A stretch of DNA of 30,822 nucleotides from Fibrobacteria bacterium (GTDB lineage: Bacteria > Fibrobacterota > Fibrobacteria > UBA11236): contig JBJHDK010000026.1 of the NCBI GenBank assembly GCA_050486505.1, positions 1 to 30,822 of the forward strand, in the 5' to 3' direction. Below the pieces are notes generated by a model. The model was not told the DNA's origin. It did not search any database and saw only the letters and a list, made by a program, of their open reading frames with translations. The translations under genes were made by a program, and so were the position numbers. The stretch's first letter is position 1; each line of letters begins with the position of its first letter. This document shows, in pieces, positions 9,753-18,507 of the stretch.

Positions 9753-9938
9753 GAATTACGAATTGCGAATTACGAATTAAAGGTGCACAAGAGGGGGAAA
9801 TCTCGCGACTCTTGCCACATCCGTCTTGCCTGCTACGCGCTACACACGGGGCACCCCCCGCGCTCGACTCGTAACGATTCTTTCGCTACGCGACCTCATG
9901 GGGCATGACTCGTAATTCGTAACTCGTAACTCGTAATT
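9753..9938. repeat. Heptamer-armed inverted-repeat intergenic element E2
   Basis: GAATTAC-GAATTGC-GAATTAC-GAATTAA (9753-9780) and ACTCGTA-ATTCGTA-ACTCGTA-ACTCGTA-ATT (9908-9938) flank a 127-nt core. Confidence 0.9.
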
Positions 9939-9962
9939 GCCGAAGAACTGCCACCAACGAGC

Positions 9963-10679
9963 CTACAGCATCTCGAGCAGCTTCTCCGCGTCCCGGGCCT
10001 CGCGAGTGCCGGGATAGACCCGCACCAAGGTTTCCGCGGCTTCGCGTGCGCGGCTGCTCTGCCCAAGCTCATTGCGACACAGGGCCAGCTTCCACAGTGC
10101 ATTCGGAACGGAAGGAGCGTAGTCGATCACTTCGTTGCCGGCCACGCGCTCCGCCGGATTCCCCGTCCGCAGCTTGTATTCCTTCAGCAGGGTTTCCAAC
10201 ACTCCGGCAGCCTCTTCGAAACGCCCCAACTGCATCAACGAAGATGCCTTGCCGTGCAATGCTCCGGAATGGATCAACGCGGTGGCCTTGCCGCCCGGAC
10301 GGACATTCCCGTAAACTGCCAGCGCCTTCTCGTATTCCTGCTGCAGATAGTAGGTCTTGCCCAGGAAAAGGTTCGCTTTCTCGCGGGCGATCCCCCGGGG
10401 GTTACCGGCAAGAAAGGCCGTCAGGGCGCGTTCGGCCTGCGGATAGTTCTCCTGACGCAGCAAGACATAAACCTCGCCAAGCTGACGATTGGCCTCGTTG
10501 GCTGCCCGCTCATGGGCGTTGCTCCACAGAAACCAGCCGGCCCCTCCCACAAGCAGAAGAATGACCACGGCCCAGATCTGTTTCGCATAGCGGGGATAAA
10601 AGTCCTCTGCAAACCAGTCCCACCAGGAGACTCCCGGAGTGGACGACGGCGTGGGGCGGGTGGGTTCGTTGTTCTGCAT
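9963..10679 (-). CDS. Membrane-anchored tetratricopeptide repeat protein (YfgM/CpoB-like)
   Basis: Single TM helix, then TPR helices (ANLFLGKTYY, ALHGKASSLMQLG, ALWKLALC...LVRVYPGT). Confidence 0.75.
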   Translation of the reverse strand: MQNNEPTRPTPSSTPGVSWWDWFAEDFYPRYAKQIWAVVILLLVGGAGWFLWSNAHERAANEANRQLGEVYVLLRQENYPQAERALTAFLAGNPRGIAREKANLFLGKTYYLQQEYEKALAVYGNVRPGGKATALIHSGALHGKASSLMQLGRFEEAAGVLETLLKEYKLRTGNPAERVAGNEVIDYAPSVPNALWKLALCRNELGQSSRAREAAETLVRVYPGTREARDAEKLLEML

Positions 10680-10790
10680 GCGCTCCTCGGTGACTGCCCG
10701 GGAGGCGGTGCCGACCCGGAAAACGGTCTCGAAAGCTAACTACCTCCCGCCCCCCGGCCAAGGAGCCCGCCGGATGCTAATATCCCGCGC

Positions 10791-11576
10791 ATGCCGGCAG
10801 CCCTCCCCGAAACCCTCCCCGTGCTCATCGATGTTCCGGGCGTGCGGGCGTTTTTCACCCTGCGCAGCGGGGGATTCAGCACCGGCCCTTTCGCCTCCCT
10901 GAACCTCGGTCCCGCTTGCGGGGACGCCCCCCGTGCGGTCGAACGCAACTGGCGGCTTCTCCTTGAATCCCTCGAGCTTTCCGGCCGCAGGCCGGCGATC
11001 CCCAGGATGTGCCACGGAGCCACCCTGGCCATGCTCGACGACAGCGCACGCCCCCCGATCCCCTCCGGATCCGACGCGTTTCTCTTCCAACCGCCTGGAA
11101 ATGCCGATGCCATTTGCACCCGATCGCGCTCCTGGGTGCTCGCCGTGACCATGGCCGACTGCCTCACGGCGCTGGTCGCGGATCCTGACACCGGCTGCAT
11201 CGCCGCCATCCATGCGGGGTGGCGGGGAACGCGTGAAAACATCATGGGGGCCTCGCTGGACCGCCTCTTCGCCGGGGGACTGTGCCGCCCCGAAGGCACG
11301 CGCGTCGCATTCGGCCCATGCCTGTCAACCGATGCGCTGGAAATCGGCGAGGACGTGGCCCGCACGCTGCCTCACGGGCATGTCCGCGCCAAGGCCGGAC
11401 GTTTTCATTTCGACCTCGTCGGCTGCAACCGTGCACAGGCAATCGCCGCCGGCGTTCGCGCCACGAATCTGAGCGCCGTGGAAGGCTGCACCCGGGCCGA
11501 TCATGAGCGTTTCTTTTCACACCGGCGTGAGAACGGCGTCACCGGGCGCATGGCGGCCTGCATTGCATTGTTGTAA
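10791..11576 (+). CDS. pgeF: YfiH/PgeF family (purine nucleoside phosphorylase / polyphenol oxidase domain) protein
   Basis: FTLRSGGFS, SLNLG, ADAI, MADC, AIHAGWRG, FGPC, CT and FFSHRR...GRMAA motifs. Confidence 0.92.
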   Translation: MPAALPETLPVLIDVPGVRAFFTLRSGGFSTGPFASLNLGPACGDAPRAVERNWRLLLESLELSGRRPAIPRMCHGATLAMLDDSARPPIPSGSDAFLFQPPGNADAICTRSRSWVLAVTMADCLTALVADPDTGCIAAIHAGWRGTRENIMGASLDRLFAGGLCRPEGTRVAFGPCLSTDALEIGEDVARTLPHGHVRAKAGRFHFDLVGCNRAQAIAAGVRATNLSAVEGCTRADHERFFSHRRENGVTGRMAACIALL

Positions 11577-11642
11577 AAGACGGCCGTCCATGCATCGGAC
11601 GCATTTTTAATCGTGCGAATGCGCCCGTCGACGCCCCGGCGG

Positions 11643-11651
11643 TGTTATGCT
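11643..11651 (+). promoter_or_regulatory. Possible extended -10 promoter (TGnTATGCT)
   Basis: TGTTATGCT about 77 nt upstream of ATG 11728; motif match only. Confidence 0.3.
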
Positions 11652-11727
11652 TCCCGCAGGCCCCCGAACGGGGCCACGCAACACCGGGACGCGCTTCCGT
11701 GCACGTCCCCCGAACCTGGAGGTGACC

Positions 11728-12483
11728 ATGAAGTCGATCTGGATCAAGACATTCGCCCTGACCGGGGCCCTCGCCCTGCATTCGCATGCCCTGTTCGGTC
11801 TCGGCGGCCATTGGGCGCCCGTGATGGGCCTCGAGGTCGAATCGAGCCGTGGCACGGTCAGCCCCGCAGGGGCCAACAACACCATCGACCTCGACTTGAA
11901 GGGCGCCTCGGGCCTGCAAGGCTTCGGCGCCAAGGTCTGGCTCGACATCATTCCCTTGGTCGATGTGGAAGCCGCATGGAACGTGCAGTTCGGGTATTAC
12001 GACGTGGACTTCCTTCTCGACAGCACCCGTTACTCCCTCTCCTTCGACCTGGGAATTCCGGGCGTGGACGGCAAACCGTTCTTTGCCCGCACCTACGGTG
12101 ACGTGGCCGTGCTCTACCCCTTCTTCAAACTGCCCATGGTCAAGCTCCAGGCAGGTGCCGGTCTGACCTGGGGGTTCGGAACACAAGTCCTCGACGCCCG
12201 CTTCGCGCGGCGCGCCCTGCAGCGCGCCGAAGCCGCAGGGGACTACGACCCGAACGCGGCCACCTCCAGCAGCGACATCACCGACATTCTCGTGGATGCC
12301 ATCAAGGATGAAGGCATGCTTTCGGGAACGGGACTCTTCCTGCAGGCCGGAGCCAAGGTCAAGCCGCCCGTCGTTCCCCTCGCCGTTTATGCCGACGCGA
12401 AGTACCGCTTCGCCGGGTACAACCCGAACGGGGTGGGTGGACCCGACTTTTCCATCGAGCTGGGCGCGGCGTTCGCCCTCTGA
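11728..12483 (+). CDS. Hypothetical outer-membrane beta-barrel protein
   Basis: Strong SD GGAGGTG before ATG 11728 (preferred over 11647); signal peptide ending SHA; alternating amphipathic strands; C-terminal FSIELGAAFAL resembles a beta-signal. Confidence 0.7.
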   Translation: MKSIWIKTFALTGALALHSHALFGLGGHWAPVMGLEVESSRGTVSPAGANNTIDLDLKGASGLQGFGAKVWLDIIPLVDVEAAWNVQFGYYDVDFLLDSTRYSLSFDLGIPGVDGKPFFARTYGDVAVLYPFFKLPMVKLQAGAGLTWGFGTQVLDARFARRALQRAEAAGDYDPNAATSSSDITDILVDAIKDEGMLSGTGLFLQAGAKVKPPVVPLAVYADAKYRFAGYNPNGVGGPDFSIELGAAFAL

Positions 12484-12506
12484 TCAGGGAGCACCGTGAA
12501 GCGAAA

Positions 12507-12538
12507 GCAAAGGGCCGCCCGGAAGGGCGGCCCTTTGC
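12507..12538. terminator. Probable bidirectional terminator hairpin
   Basis: GCAAAGGGCCGCCC-GGAA-GGGCGGCCCTTTGC, a 14-bp perfect stem between convergent genes. Confidence 0.8.
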
Positions 12539-12577
12539 GCATCCGCCTTCCCTTGCGGGAGCGGACGGACGAACAAG

Positions 12578-14011
12578 TCACGGCAGGTACGGCCGCACGC
12601 GGATGCGCATCGCGCCCAGATCGGTGCCGATCCAGAGAAATCCGTCGTGGACCATGATGCTTTGCACCCTGCGCCCGGGGATCCCGTGCTCAAGCCTGAA
12701 ATCGGTCCACAGCCCGTTGCGCAGGTTCCAGGCCCGCACGCCGAAGTCGTGGGCTGCATACAGGATGTTTCCGTCCACGACGATGCGGAAGATGTTGTTC
12801 TGCGTGAACAGGGTTCGGGCTTCCCTGCGCCTGGGTTTCACGTAGAGGCGATCGTCAGCGGCCCAGTACAGGCTGGTGTCGTGAAACGCAACGGAGGCGA
12901 CACGAACGCCGAAAGCTTCGGGAACATCCTCCCGGGTGACATCGCGGATCGTTCTCCAGCCTGCGGGAGTCAACACCAGGAGCCCGAAATCCGTGGCCGC
13001 CCAAAGATCACGCCCCGTGCTGTGGAAATCGCGAACATTCGCGCCCATGTTCAAGGGCGTCTCCTCCCCCTGAAACTGGCCCGAGGGCTCGGCAAGCACC
13101 GCGATGCCCCGCTCGGTGCCCGCGTAGAGCCGATCGCCGTGGACGAAAAGGCGGTTGACGCGCAAATCCTGCGATCCCAGCATGCGGCGATAATGGGTGA
13201 ACCGTCCGGTCGTCGGGTCTTGCCGCACGACGCCTTGCCGCGTCGCGAGCCAGACCTGGTTGCGCCAAGTGACGATATCGAAAATCGCGCCATCGGGGAA
13301 TTGAAAATCCTGCTGTGCGAGCCACGAGGTCCAGCCCGAAAGTTCGGAGGTCGCCCGCACCAACGCGCCGTCGGAACGGTGGGATCCGAACCAGATCGAG
13401 CGCCCGTCCGTGTGCATCGCCGTGACCGAGGAGTCGTGAAGCCCGAAGGCATTATGGGTGAGATCCTTGCGCCGCTGCGATCCCAGAAACGCCCCGTGCC
13501 CCGCGGTGAGCAGCCACATGTTGTCGTACTCGAACACGCGGGCCCCCACGACGGGAGCGCGGCGGTTATAGCGGTCGCGGACCGCATCACCGAGAAAGAA
13601 AAAATCGTTCCCCAGCGACAGGCCCGAGAGGTCGCCTCCCGGCCCCCCTGTCCCGGTGCGCTCGAAGGGCTGGGACGACGGATTCACGCGCCTGAAGGCG
13701 GGGTTGTATTCCAGTACCGCGCCGTCGCGGGTCAACATCAAAAGACGGTTCTGCGACGGGCTGAAGGCGATATCCCGGACGCCGAGGCCGGGGGCGATGT
13801 TGTCCTGCCACTGCCTGCGACGATAGTCGTACATCAGCACCCCCCCCTCGGTCAGCAGAAAGGCCGTCTTGTCGTCGGATTCAACCTGCACCGGAAAACG
13901 GTGCGTCGAAACGAAAAACAGATCCTGCGTCTGCAGGTTCGCGGCGCTGACGGCTCCCGCCGTGGCAATCACGGCAAGGACGACGGGAACAAGGGCGTAT
14001 CGGATGGTCAT
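12578..14011 (-). CDS. Secreted beta-propeller protein (ligand-binding sensor / Reg_prop-like repeats)
   Basis: GGAG SD before ATG 14011; signal peptide; repeated blades IWFGS, VWLATRQGV, LYAGTERGI, LWAATDFGL, LWIGTDLGA. Confidence 0.7.
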   Translation of the reverse strand: MTIRYALVPVVLAVIATAGAVSAANLQTQDLFFVSTHRFPVQVESDDKTAFLLTEGGVLMYDYRRRQWQDNIAPGLGVRDIAFSPSQNRLLMLTRDGAVLEYNPAFRRVNPSSQPFERTGTGGPGGDLSGLSLGNDFFFLGDAVRDRYNRRAPVVGARVFEYDNMWLLTAGHGAFLGSQRRKDLTHNAFGLHDSSVTAMHTDGRSIWFGSHRSDGALVRATSELSGWTSWLAQQDFQFPDGAIFDIVTWRNQVWLATRQGVVRQDPTTGRFTHYRRMLGSQDLRVNRLFVHGDRLYAGTERGIAVLAEPSGQFQGEETPLNMGANVRDFHSTGRDLWAATDFGLLVLTPAGWRTIRDVTREDVPEAFGVRVASVAFHDTSLYWAADDRLYVKPRRREARTLFTQNNIFRIVVDGNILYAAHDFGVRAWNLRNGLWTDFRLEHGIPGRRVQSIMVHDGFLWIGTDLGAMRIRVRPYLP

Positions 14012-14042
14012 GCTTCGTCTCCGGGGTGTCGTCACAAAGTCG

Positions 14043-14063
14043 AAAAAGGCCGCAGGTGCGGCC
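14043..14063 (-). terminator. Probable intrinsic terminator after engB
   Basis: Minus strand GGCCGC-ACCT-GCGGCC-TTTTT, 13 nt after the engB stop. Confidence 0.65.
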
Positions 14064-14076
14064 ACCCGCGCCGAGT

Positions 14077-14661
14077 TCAGTCAGGCGCGATCAGGAGCAT
14101 CATCTGGCTCCAAAGCGATTCGAAACCCGTTTTGGCGCTGGAACTGACGGGTAACGGAGGTTCCGGCAGCCCATGGTTGCGCGCGATCGCCTCGAGGGCC
14201 CCTTGCAGAGCACTTCTCTTGAGCTTGTCGGCTTTCGCGGCCAACACCTGCACCGGCCTCCCTGAATCAATGAGCCATTCCAGTGCGGCATGGTCGATGG
14301 GGCTATCGGGAACGCGAGGGTCGGTGAGATAAAAGATTCCGCGGAGTCCGGGAGACTCCTTCACGTAGTTGTGGAGGAGGACTTCCATCTGGAAGCGTGT
14401 GGAGGGATCCGTCTTCGCGTACCCGAAGCCGGGAAGATCGACAAGGTAAAACGCGTTGTTGATGCGATAGAAGTTGATGAGCCTTGTCTTCCCGGGCTGT
14501 TGGCTCGAGCGGGCCAGCGACTTCGAACCGCACAATGCGTTGATCAGCGACGACTTGCCCGCGTTCGAGCGTCCCGCCAGGGCGATCTGGGGAAGGCCAT
14601 CGGCGGGAAAGCCCCGCTGATCAGCGGCGGTGGAGACGAGTTCGGCGGAGAGGATTTTCAT
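14077..14661 (-). CDS. engB: Ribosome biogenesis GTP-binding protein YihA/YsxC
   Basis: GRSNAGKSSLIN (G1), PGKTRLINFY (G2), DLPGFGYA (G3), KADK (G4), VSS (G5). ATG 14661 (MKILSAEL) preferred over TTG 14670. Confidence 0.96.
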   Translation of the reverse strand: MKILSAELVSTAADQRGFPADGLPQIALAGRSNAGKSSLINALCGSKSLARSSQQPGKTRLINFYRINNAFYLVDLPGFGYAKTDPSTRFQMEVLLHNYVKESPGLRGIFYLTDPRVPDSPIDHAALEWLIDSGRPVQVLAAKADKLKRSALQGALEAIARNHGLPEPPLPVSSSAKTGFESLWSQMMLLIAPD

Positions 14662-14670
14662 GGGAGGCAA

Positions 14671-14837
14671 GAGTTAGGAATTAAGAGTTAAGAATTGAAC
14701 GCAAGGGCAGTACTTGCGTGAAGCGTCTATGGGCGTTGTGCGCGGAAATTGCCGATCTCCGTGATCGGAACACCCCCCATCATACACGATTCTCAATTCT
14801 TAATTCTCAATTCCCAATTCCCAATTCTTGATTCTCA
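14671..14837. repeat. Heptamer-armed inverted-repeat intergenic element E3
   Basis: GAGTTAG-GAATTAA-GAGTTAA-GAATTGA (14671-14698) and seven ATTCYYR units (14789-14837), the last of which contains the recR stop codon. Confidence 0.9.
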
Positions 14838-15449
14838 AACCCTCCCTCCCATCCCGATCCGTCCGTCGAGTGCGCGTTTCATGGTCAGCTCGTCAACGAA
14901 CTCCAGGTCGCTGCCGGCGGGCAGACCGCGTGCGAGCCGCGTCACCCGTACGGGACGGTCGCGCAAACGCTGCACGATGTAAGACGACGTCGCTTCGCCC
15001 TCCGCATGGGTCCCGAGGGCGAGAATGACCTCCTCCACCCCCTCCTCGCAGCGAACGAAGAGCGAGGCGAGGTTGAGTTCCGCGGGACCAATGCCGTCGA
15101 GCGGCGAGAGAGTGCCCCCCAATACATGATAAAGCCCCCGGTAACTGCCGAGTTTTTCGAGGGCAGCCACGTCGGAAGGCCGCTCCACCACGCAGACCAG
15201 GGAAGCTTCGCGGCGCGGGCTCGCGCAGACGGCGCAGCGCTCGCCTTCTGCATGGTTTCCGCAGACGGAGCAGGGGCGAATGCTGCGGCGGGCCTCGACC
15301 AAGGCCCCTGCGAGCGCTTCGACTTCGGACGGGGGAGCCGCGAGAATGTGGTACGCGAGGCGAAGCGCAGACTTGCGCCCGATGGAGGGGAGCCCCGCCA
15401 GCCGGTCGACCAAGGTGTCGAGCAGGGACGAGGTGCGCTGGAATTGCAT
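14835..15449 (-). CDS. recR: Recombination mediator RecR
   Basis: HhH LPSIGRKSALRLA, C4 zinc finger CSVC...CAVC, Toprim CVVE...YHVLGG.LSPLDGIGP, EGEAT, RLARGLP.G.DLEFVDE. The true start is ATG 15449, not 15707. Confidence 0.97.
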   Translation of the reverse strand: MQFQRTSSLLDTLVDRLAGLPSIGRKSALRLAYHILAAPPSEVEALAGALVEARRSIRPCSVCGNHAEGERCAVCASPRREASLVCVVERPSDVAALEKLGSYRGLYHVLGGTLSPLDGIGPAELNLASLFVRCEEGVEEVILALGTHAEGEATSSYIVQRLRDRPVRVTRLARGLPAGSDLEFVDELTMKRALDGRIGMGGRV

Positions 15450-15513
15450 GGCTGCAAAATAAATCTTTTGGTAGTTTGGCCCGCTGCCATTCACCCCGCA
15501 CGCATCCGGACGC

Positions 15514-16473
15514 ATGACCCGATCGACGACGCATCTCCTGCCATCCAGGCACCTGCGAGCCGCATGGCTCGGATTGTGCCTGTTTCCGCTGCTCGCGCAA
15601 GGAACGGAAGGCGTGCACGCCACCCTCGTGTCTCCTCCTTCCGAGCCGACCCTCAATTTGAGGGCGGGGGGGGCATTCGATGTAACCCGCGCCCGTTCAG
15701 GGGACACGGTGCGTTACCGCCTCCGCGTGGAGTGGAACGATGTCCCCGCCGCGGTCATGGTGTTGCCCCCTCAGGGCGACCTCGATGCTCCCGGATTCCG
15801 TTTCGCCGGCGTCTCGACGACCCATCGAAAAAGCCGCGCCGGGGATGAGGTTCGCAATGTCACCGAATTCACCTACTCCCTCGTCGCGGGTGAACCGGGA
15901 ACCGCCAGGGTCTCTCCCTTCGCCCTCCGCTACCGCAGCGGCCTTTCCTCCCGCGAAGAAACCGCCGCCGTGCCGGGATCCATGCTGGAAATCCTCCCCC
16001 CGCGCCCGGTTCCATGGAGGCACCCGGTGTTCTGGCTCGTCGTGTTGCCGCTGGTCGCCGGTGTGGCACTGGCCCTCGCAGGCCGCGCCCTGCGGCGGCG
16101 GCGGGCCGCGCAAGGTCCGGCCCCCGACCGGCATGTCGCAGCCACCGCGCGCAGGATCGCGGGACTGGAGCAGCGCTGCGAGGTTGCCGATCCGCGTGCC
16201 TGGATTGGCGAAGCGGAGCGTCTGTGCGTCGACCACCTTTGCCGCAAACTCGGTGCCTCCAGCACTGGAAACGTCCGTTTCGAAGCCGCGCTCGACCGCT
16301 ATCTCGCCGCAAAGCCCGCACCGGGGCCCGCCGAAGCCGAAAGCTGGAGTACATTGCGTGACCTGTTCCATTCTGTCCGCTACGCAGGTTCCAGACCAAA
16401 TCCGGAAACCCTGCGCGACGCATGCCGCCACCTGAAACAATGCCTGCAACCCCGTGAAGGGATCATGACATGA
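15514..16473 (+). CDS. BatD-like membrane protein (Ig-like N-domain, TM helix, helical C-domain)
   Basis: Signal peptide; GDTVRYRLRVEW...FTYSLVAGEPGTARVSPF BatD-type beta-sandwich; TM followed by RRRR; overlaps moxR start (ATGA). Start uncertain. Confidence 0.6.
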   Translation: MTRSTTHLLPSRHLRAAWLGLCLFPLLAQGTEGVHATLVSPPSEPTLNLRAGGAFDVTRARSGDTVRYRLRVEWNDVPAAVMVLPPQGDLDAPGFRFAGVSTTHRKSRAGDEVRNVTEFTYSLVAGEPGTARVSPFALRYRSGLSSREETAAVPGSMLEILPPRPVPWRHPVFWLVVLPLVAGVALALAGRALRRRRAAQGPAPDRHVAATARRIAGLEQRCEVADPRAWIGEAERLCVDHLCRKLGASSTGNVRFEAALDRYLAAKPAPGPAEAESWSTLRDLFHSVRYAGSRPNPETLRDACRHLKQCLQPREGIMT

Positions 16474-17471
16474 CCCAGCCGACACCTGCCGATCTGCAAG
16501 CCCTGACCGAACAAGTCCGAACCGAAGGGGCCTTTCTTCAGAACGTGCTCGAGGAGATGAGTCGCACCGTCGTGGGCCAGCGCCACATGCTCGAGAGTTT
16601 GTTGATCGGCATGCTGGCCGACGGTCACGTCCTTCTCGAGGGCGTCCCTGGCCTCGCGAAAACCACTGCCGTCAAGGCCCTGGCCAACGCCGTTTCCTGC
16701 CACTTCAGCCGCGTGCAGTTCACGCCCGACCTCCTGCCCGCCGACCTGGTGGGAACCTTGATCTTCAACCCCAAGAGCGGCGAGTTCAACGTCAAGCGCG
16801 GCCCCATCTTCGCCAACATCGTGCTCGCCGACGAGATCAACCGCGCCCCCTCCAAGGTGCAATCGGCCCTCCTGGAGTCGATGCAGGAAAAGCACGTCAC
16901 CATCGGCGACACCACCTACGAGCTTCCCCGCCTCTTTCTCGTGCTCGCGACGCAAAACCCGCTGGAGCAGGAAGGCACCTATCCCCTGCCCGAGGCCCAG
17001 GTGGATCGCTTCATGCTCAAGGTCGTGATGGGGTATCCCTCCTCCGAGGAGGAAAAGGCCATCGTCAACCGCGTCTCGGGCGAAGGGCTGGGGGAATCCC
17101 GGCACGTGGCCACGGAGGAAGACATCCTGCGCTGCCGCAGGCTGGTCAAGTCTGTGTACATGGACGACAAGGTCCTCGACTACATCGTGAGTCTCGTCGC
17201 CGCCACACGTGACCCGGCCGGGCACGGGCTCGAAGACCTCGCCGGCCTGATCGAATACGGCGCGTCGCCGCGCACGAGCATCAGTCTCGCCAAGGCCTCC
17301 AAGGCCCACGCCCTGCTGCGCGGCCGCGCCTACGTCACTCCCGAGGACGTCAAGGCCGTTGGCATGGACGTGATGCGCCACCGCATCATCCTCACCTACG
17401 AGGCCGAGGCCGAGGAGGTCCGCACCGAGGATGTGGTCAGGCGCGTCTTCGACAGCGTGGAAGTGCCGTAA
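16470..17471 (+). CDS. moxR: MoxR family AAA+ ATPase
   Basis: HVLLEGVPGLAKT, RVQFTPDLLPADLVG, LADEINRAPSKVQSALLE, ATQNPLEQEGTYPLPEAQVDRF, GASPR. Confidence 0.97.
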   Translation: MTQPTPADLQALTEQVRTEGAFLQNVLEEMSRTVVGQRHMLESLLIGMLADGHVLLEGVPGLAKTTAVKALANAVSCHFSRVQFTPDLLPADLVGTLIFNPKSGEFNVKRGPIFANIVLADEINRAPSKVQSALLESMQEKHVTIGDTTYELPRLFLVLATQNPLEQEGTYPLPEAQVDRFMLKVVMGYPSSEEEKAIVNRVSGEGLGESRHVATEEDILRCRRLVKSVYMDDKVLDYIVSLVAATRDPAGHGLEDLAGLIEYGASPRTSISLAKASKAHALLRGRAYVTPEDVKAVGMDVMRHRIILTYEAEAEEVRTEDVVRRVFDSVEVP

Positions 17472-17606
17472 AATGAACAGTGTTCAGTGTGCAGTGGGCA
17501 ATGAACATGGCATCAAAACCCGCACGGCCTGTCATGGCACGTATGGCTCAAGCCCCTGCAACTCTTTCTTGACTGTCTACTACACACTGTACACTGCACA
17601 CTGTCA
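17472..17606. repeat. Heptamer-armed inverted-repeat intergenic element E4 (CAGTGNN variant)
   Basis: AATGAAC-AGTGTTC-AGTGTGC-AGTGGGC-AATGAAC (17472-17506) and ACTGTCT-ACTACAC-ACTGTAC-ACTGCAC-ACTGTCA (17572-17606). 17477-17498 pairs with 17583-17604 at 19/22 Watson-Crick positions plus one G.U. Confidence 0.85.
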
Positions 17607-17609
17607 CCA

Positions 17610-18497
17610 ATGATCCCCTCCGAAATCCTCCGCAAGGTCCGCCAGATCGAGATCCGCGCGCGCGGCACGGTGAACTCCGTGCTCTCGGGCGCATACTCGT
17701 CGTCGTTCCGCGGGCGGGGAATGGAGTTCGCGGAGGTACGCGAGTATGTCCCGGGCGACGAAATCCGCACCATCGACTGGAACGTCACCGCGCGCCAGGG
17801 GCACCCCTTCGTCAAGAAGTTCACCGAGGAGCGCGAACTCACCGTGCTCCTGATGGTGGACGCCTCCGGCTCGGGGGAATTCGGCAGCCGGCGCGAGATG
17901 AAGGGCGAGATCATGGCCACCCTCAGCGCACTGCTGGCCTTCTCCGCGATCCAGAACAACGACCGCGTCGGCCTGCTCATTTTCACCTCGACCGTCGAGA
18001 AGTTCATCCCTCCCCGCAAGGGTCGCAATCACGTGCTGCGCGTCATCCGCGAATTGCTGTACCACCGACCGCACTCGCGCGGCACCGATGTCGCCGCGGC
18101 CATCGATCACGCCAACCGCCTGCTGCATCGCCGTGCCGTCGTCTTCCTCGTCTCCGACTTCGCTTCGTCGCCGTTCGAACGCCCCCTGCGCATGTTGCAG
18201 CGCAAGCACGATGCCATTGCCGTGCAGGTGCGGGATCCCCGTGAGGGGGAACTCCCCGACGCAGGATTACTGGAACTCGAGGACGCGGAGACGGGAGAAA
18301 CGACCTTCGTGGACACCGGAAGCCGTGCCTTCCGGGAGGCCTACGCGACGCGCTCCCGCGGCACGACCGCGGCACTCGACGCGCTCTTCCGCCGCACCGG
18401 CACCGACCGCATCGACATCGTCGCCGGACGCGACTACGAGGAAACCGTGCAGCCGCTCGTGCACTACTTCCGCCGGAGGGCCAAGGCGCGTGGTTGA
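17610..18497 (+). CDS. DUF58 domain protein (MoxR-associated, VWA-like)
   Basis: G.GMEFAEVREYVPGDEIRTIDWNVTAR, KKFTEERELT, DASGS, NDRVGL, VSDF. Confidence 0.95.
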   Translation: MIPSEILRKVRQIEIRARGTVNSVLSGAYSSSFRGRGMEFAEVREYVPGDEIRTIDWNVTARQGHPFVKKFTEERELTVLLMVDASGSGEFGSRREMKGEIMATLSALLAFSAIQNNDRVGLLIFTSTVEKFIPPRKGRNHVLRVIRELLYHRPHSRGTDVAAAIDHANRLLHRRAVVFLVSDFASSPFERPLRMLQRKHDAIAVQVRDPREGELPDAGLLELEDAETGETTFVDTGSRAFREAYATRSRGTTAALDALFRRTGTDRIDIVAGRDYEETVQPLVHYFRRRAKARG

Positions 18498-18507
18498 CCG
18501 GATCCCG

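Noticed and set aside
8322..9908. 528-aa plus-strand ORF, and similar long antisense ORFs at 12647-14332, 21826-23385, 22490-23986 and 25878-27473
   Set aside because: All lie opposite well-supported genes and have no domain signatures.
9747..9962. SOS/LexA box upstream of uvrB
   Set aside because: No recognisable CTGT-N8-ACAG or GAAC-N4-GTTC site; the region is occupied by E2, and the LexA motif of this lineage is unknown to me.
15450..15707. 86-aa N-terminal extension of RecR in the ORF track
   Set aside because: RecR homology begins at ATG 15449, and the extension overlaps the divergent gene at 15514.
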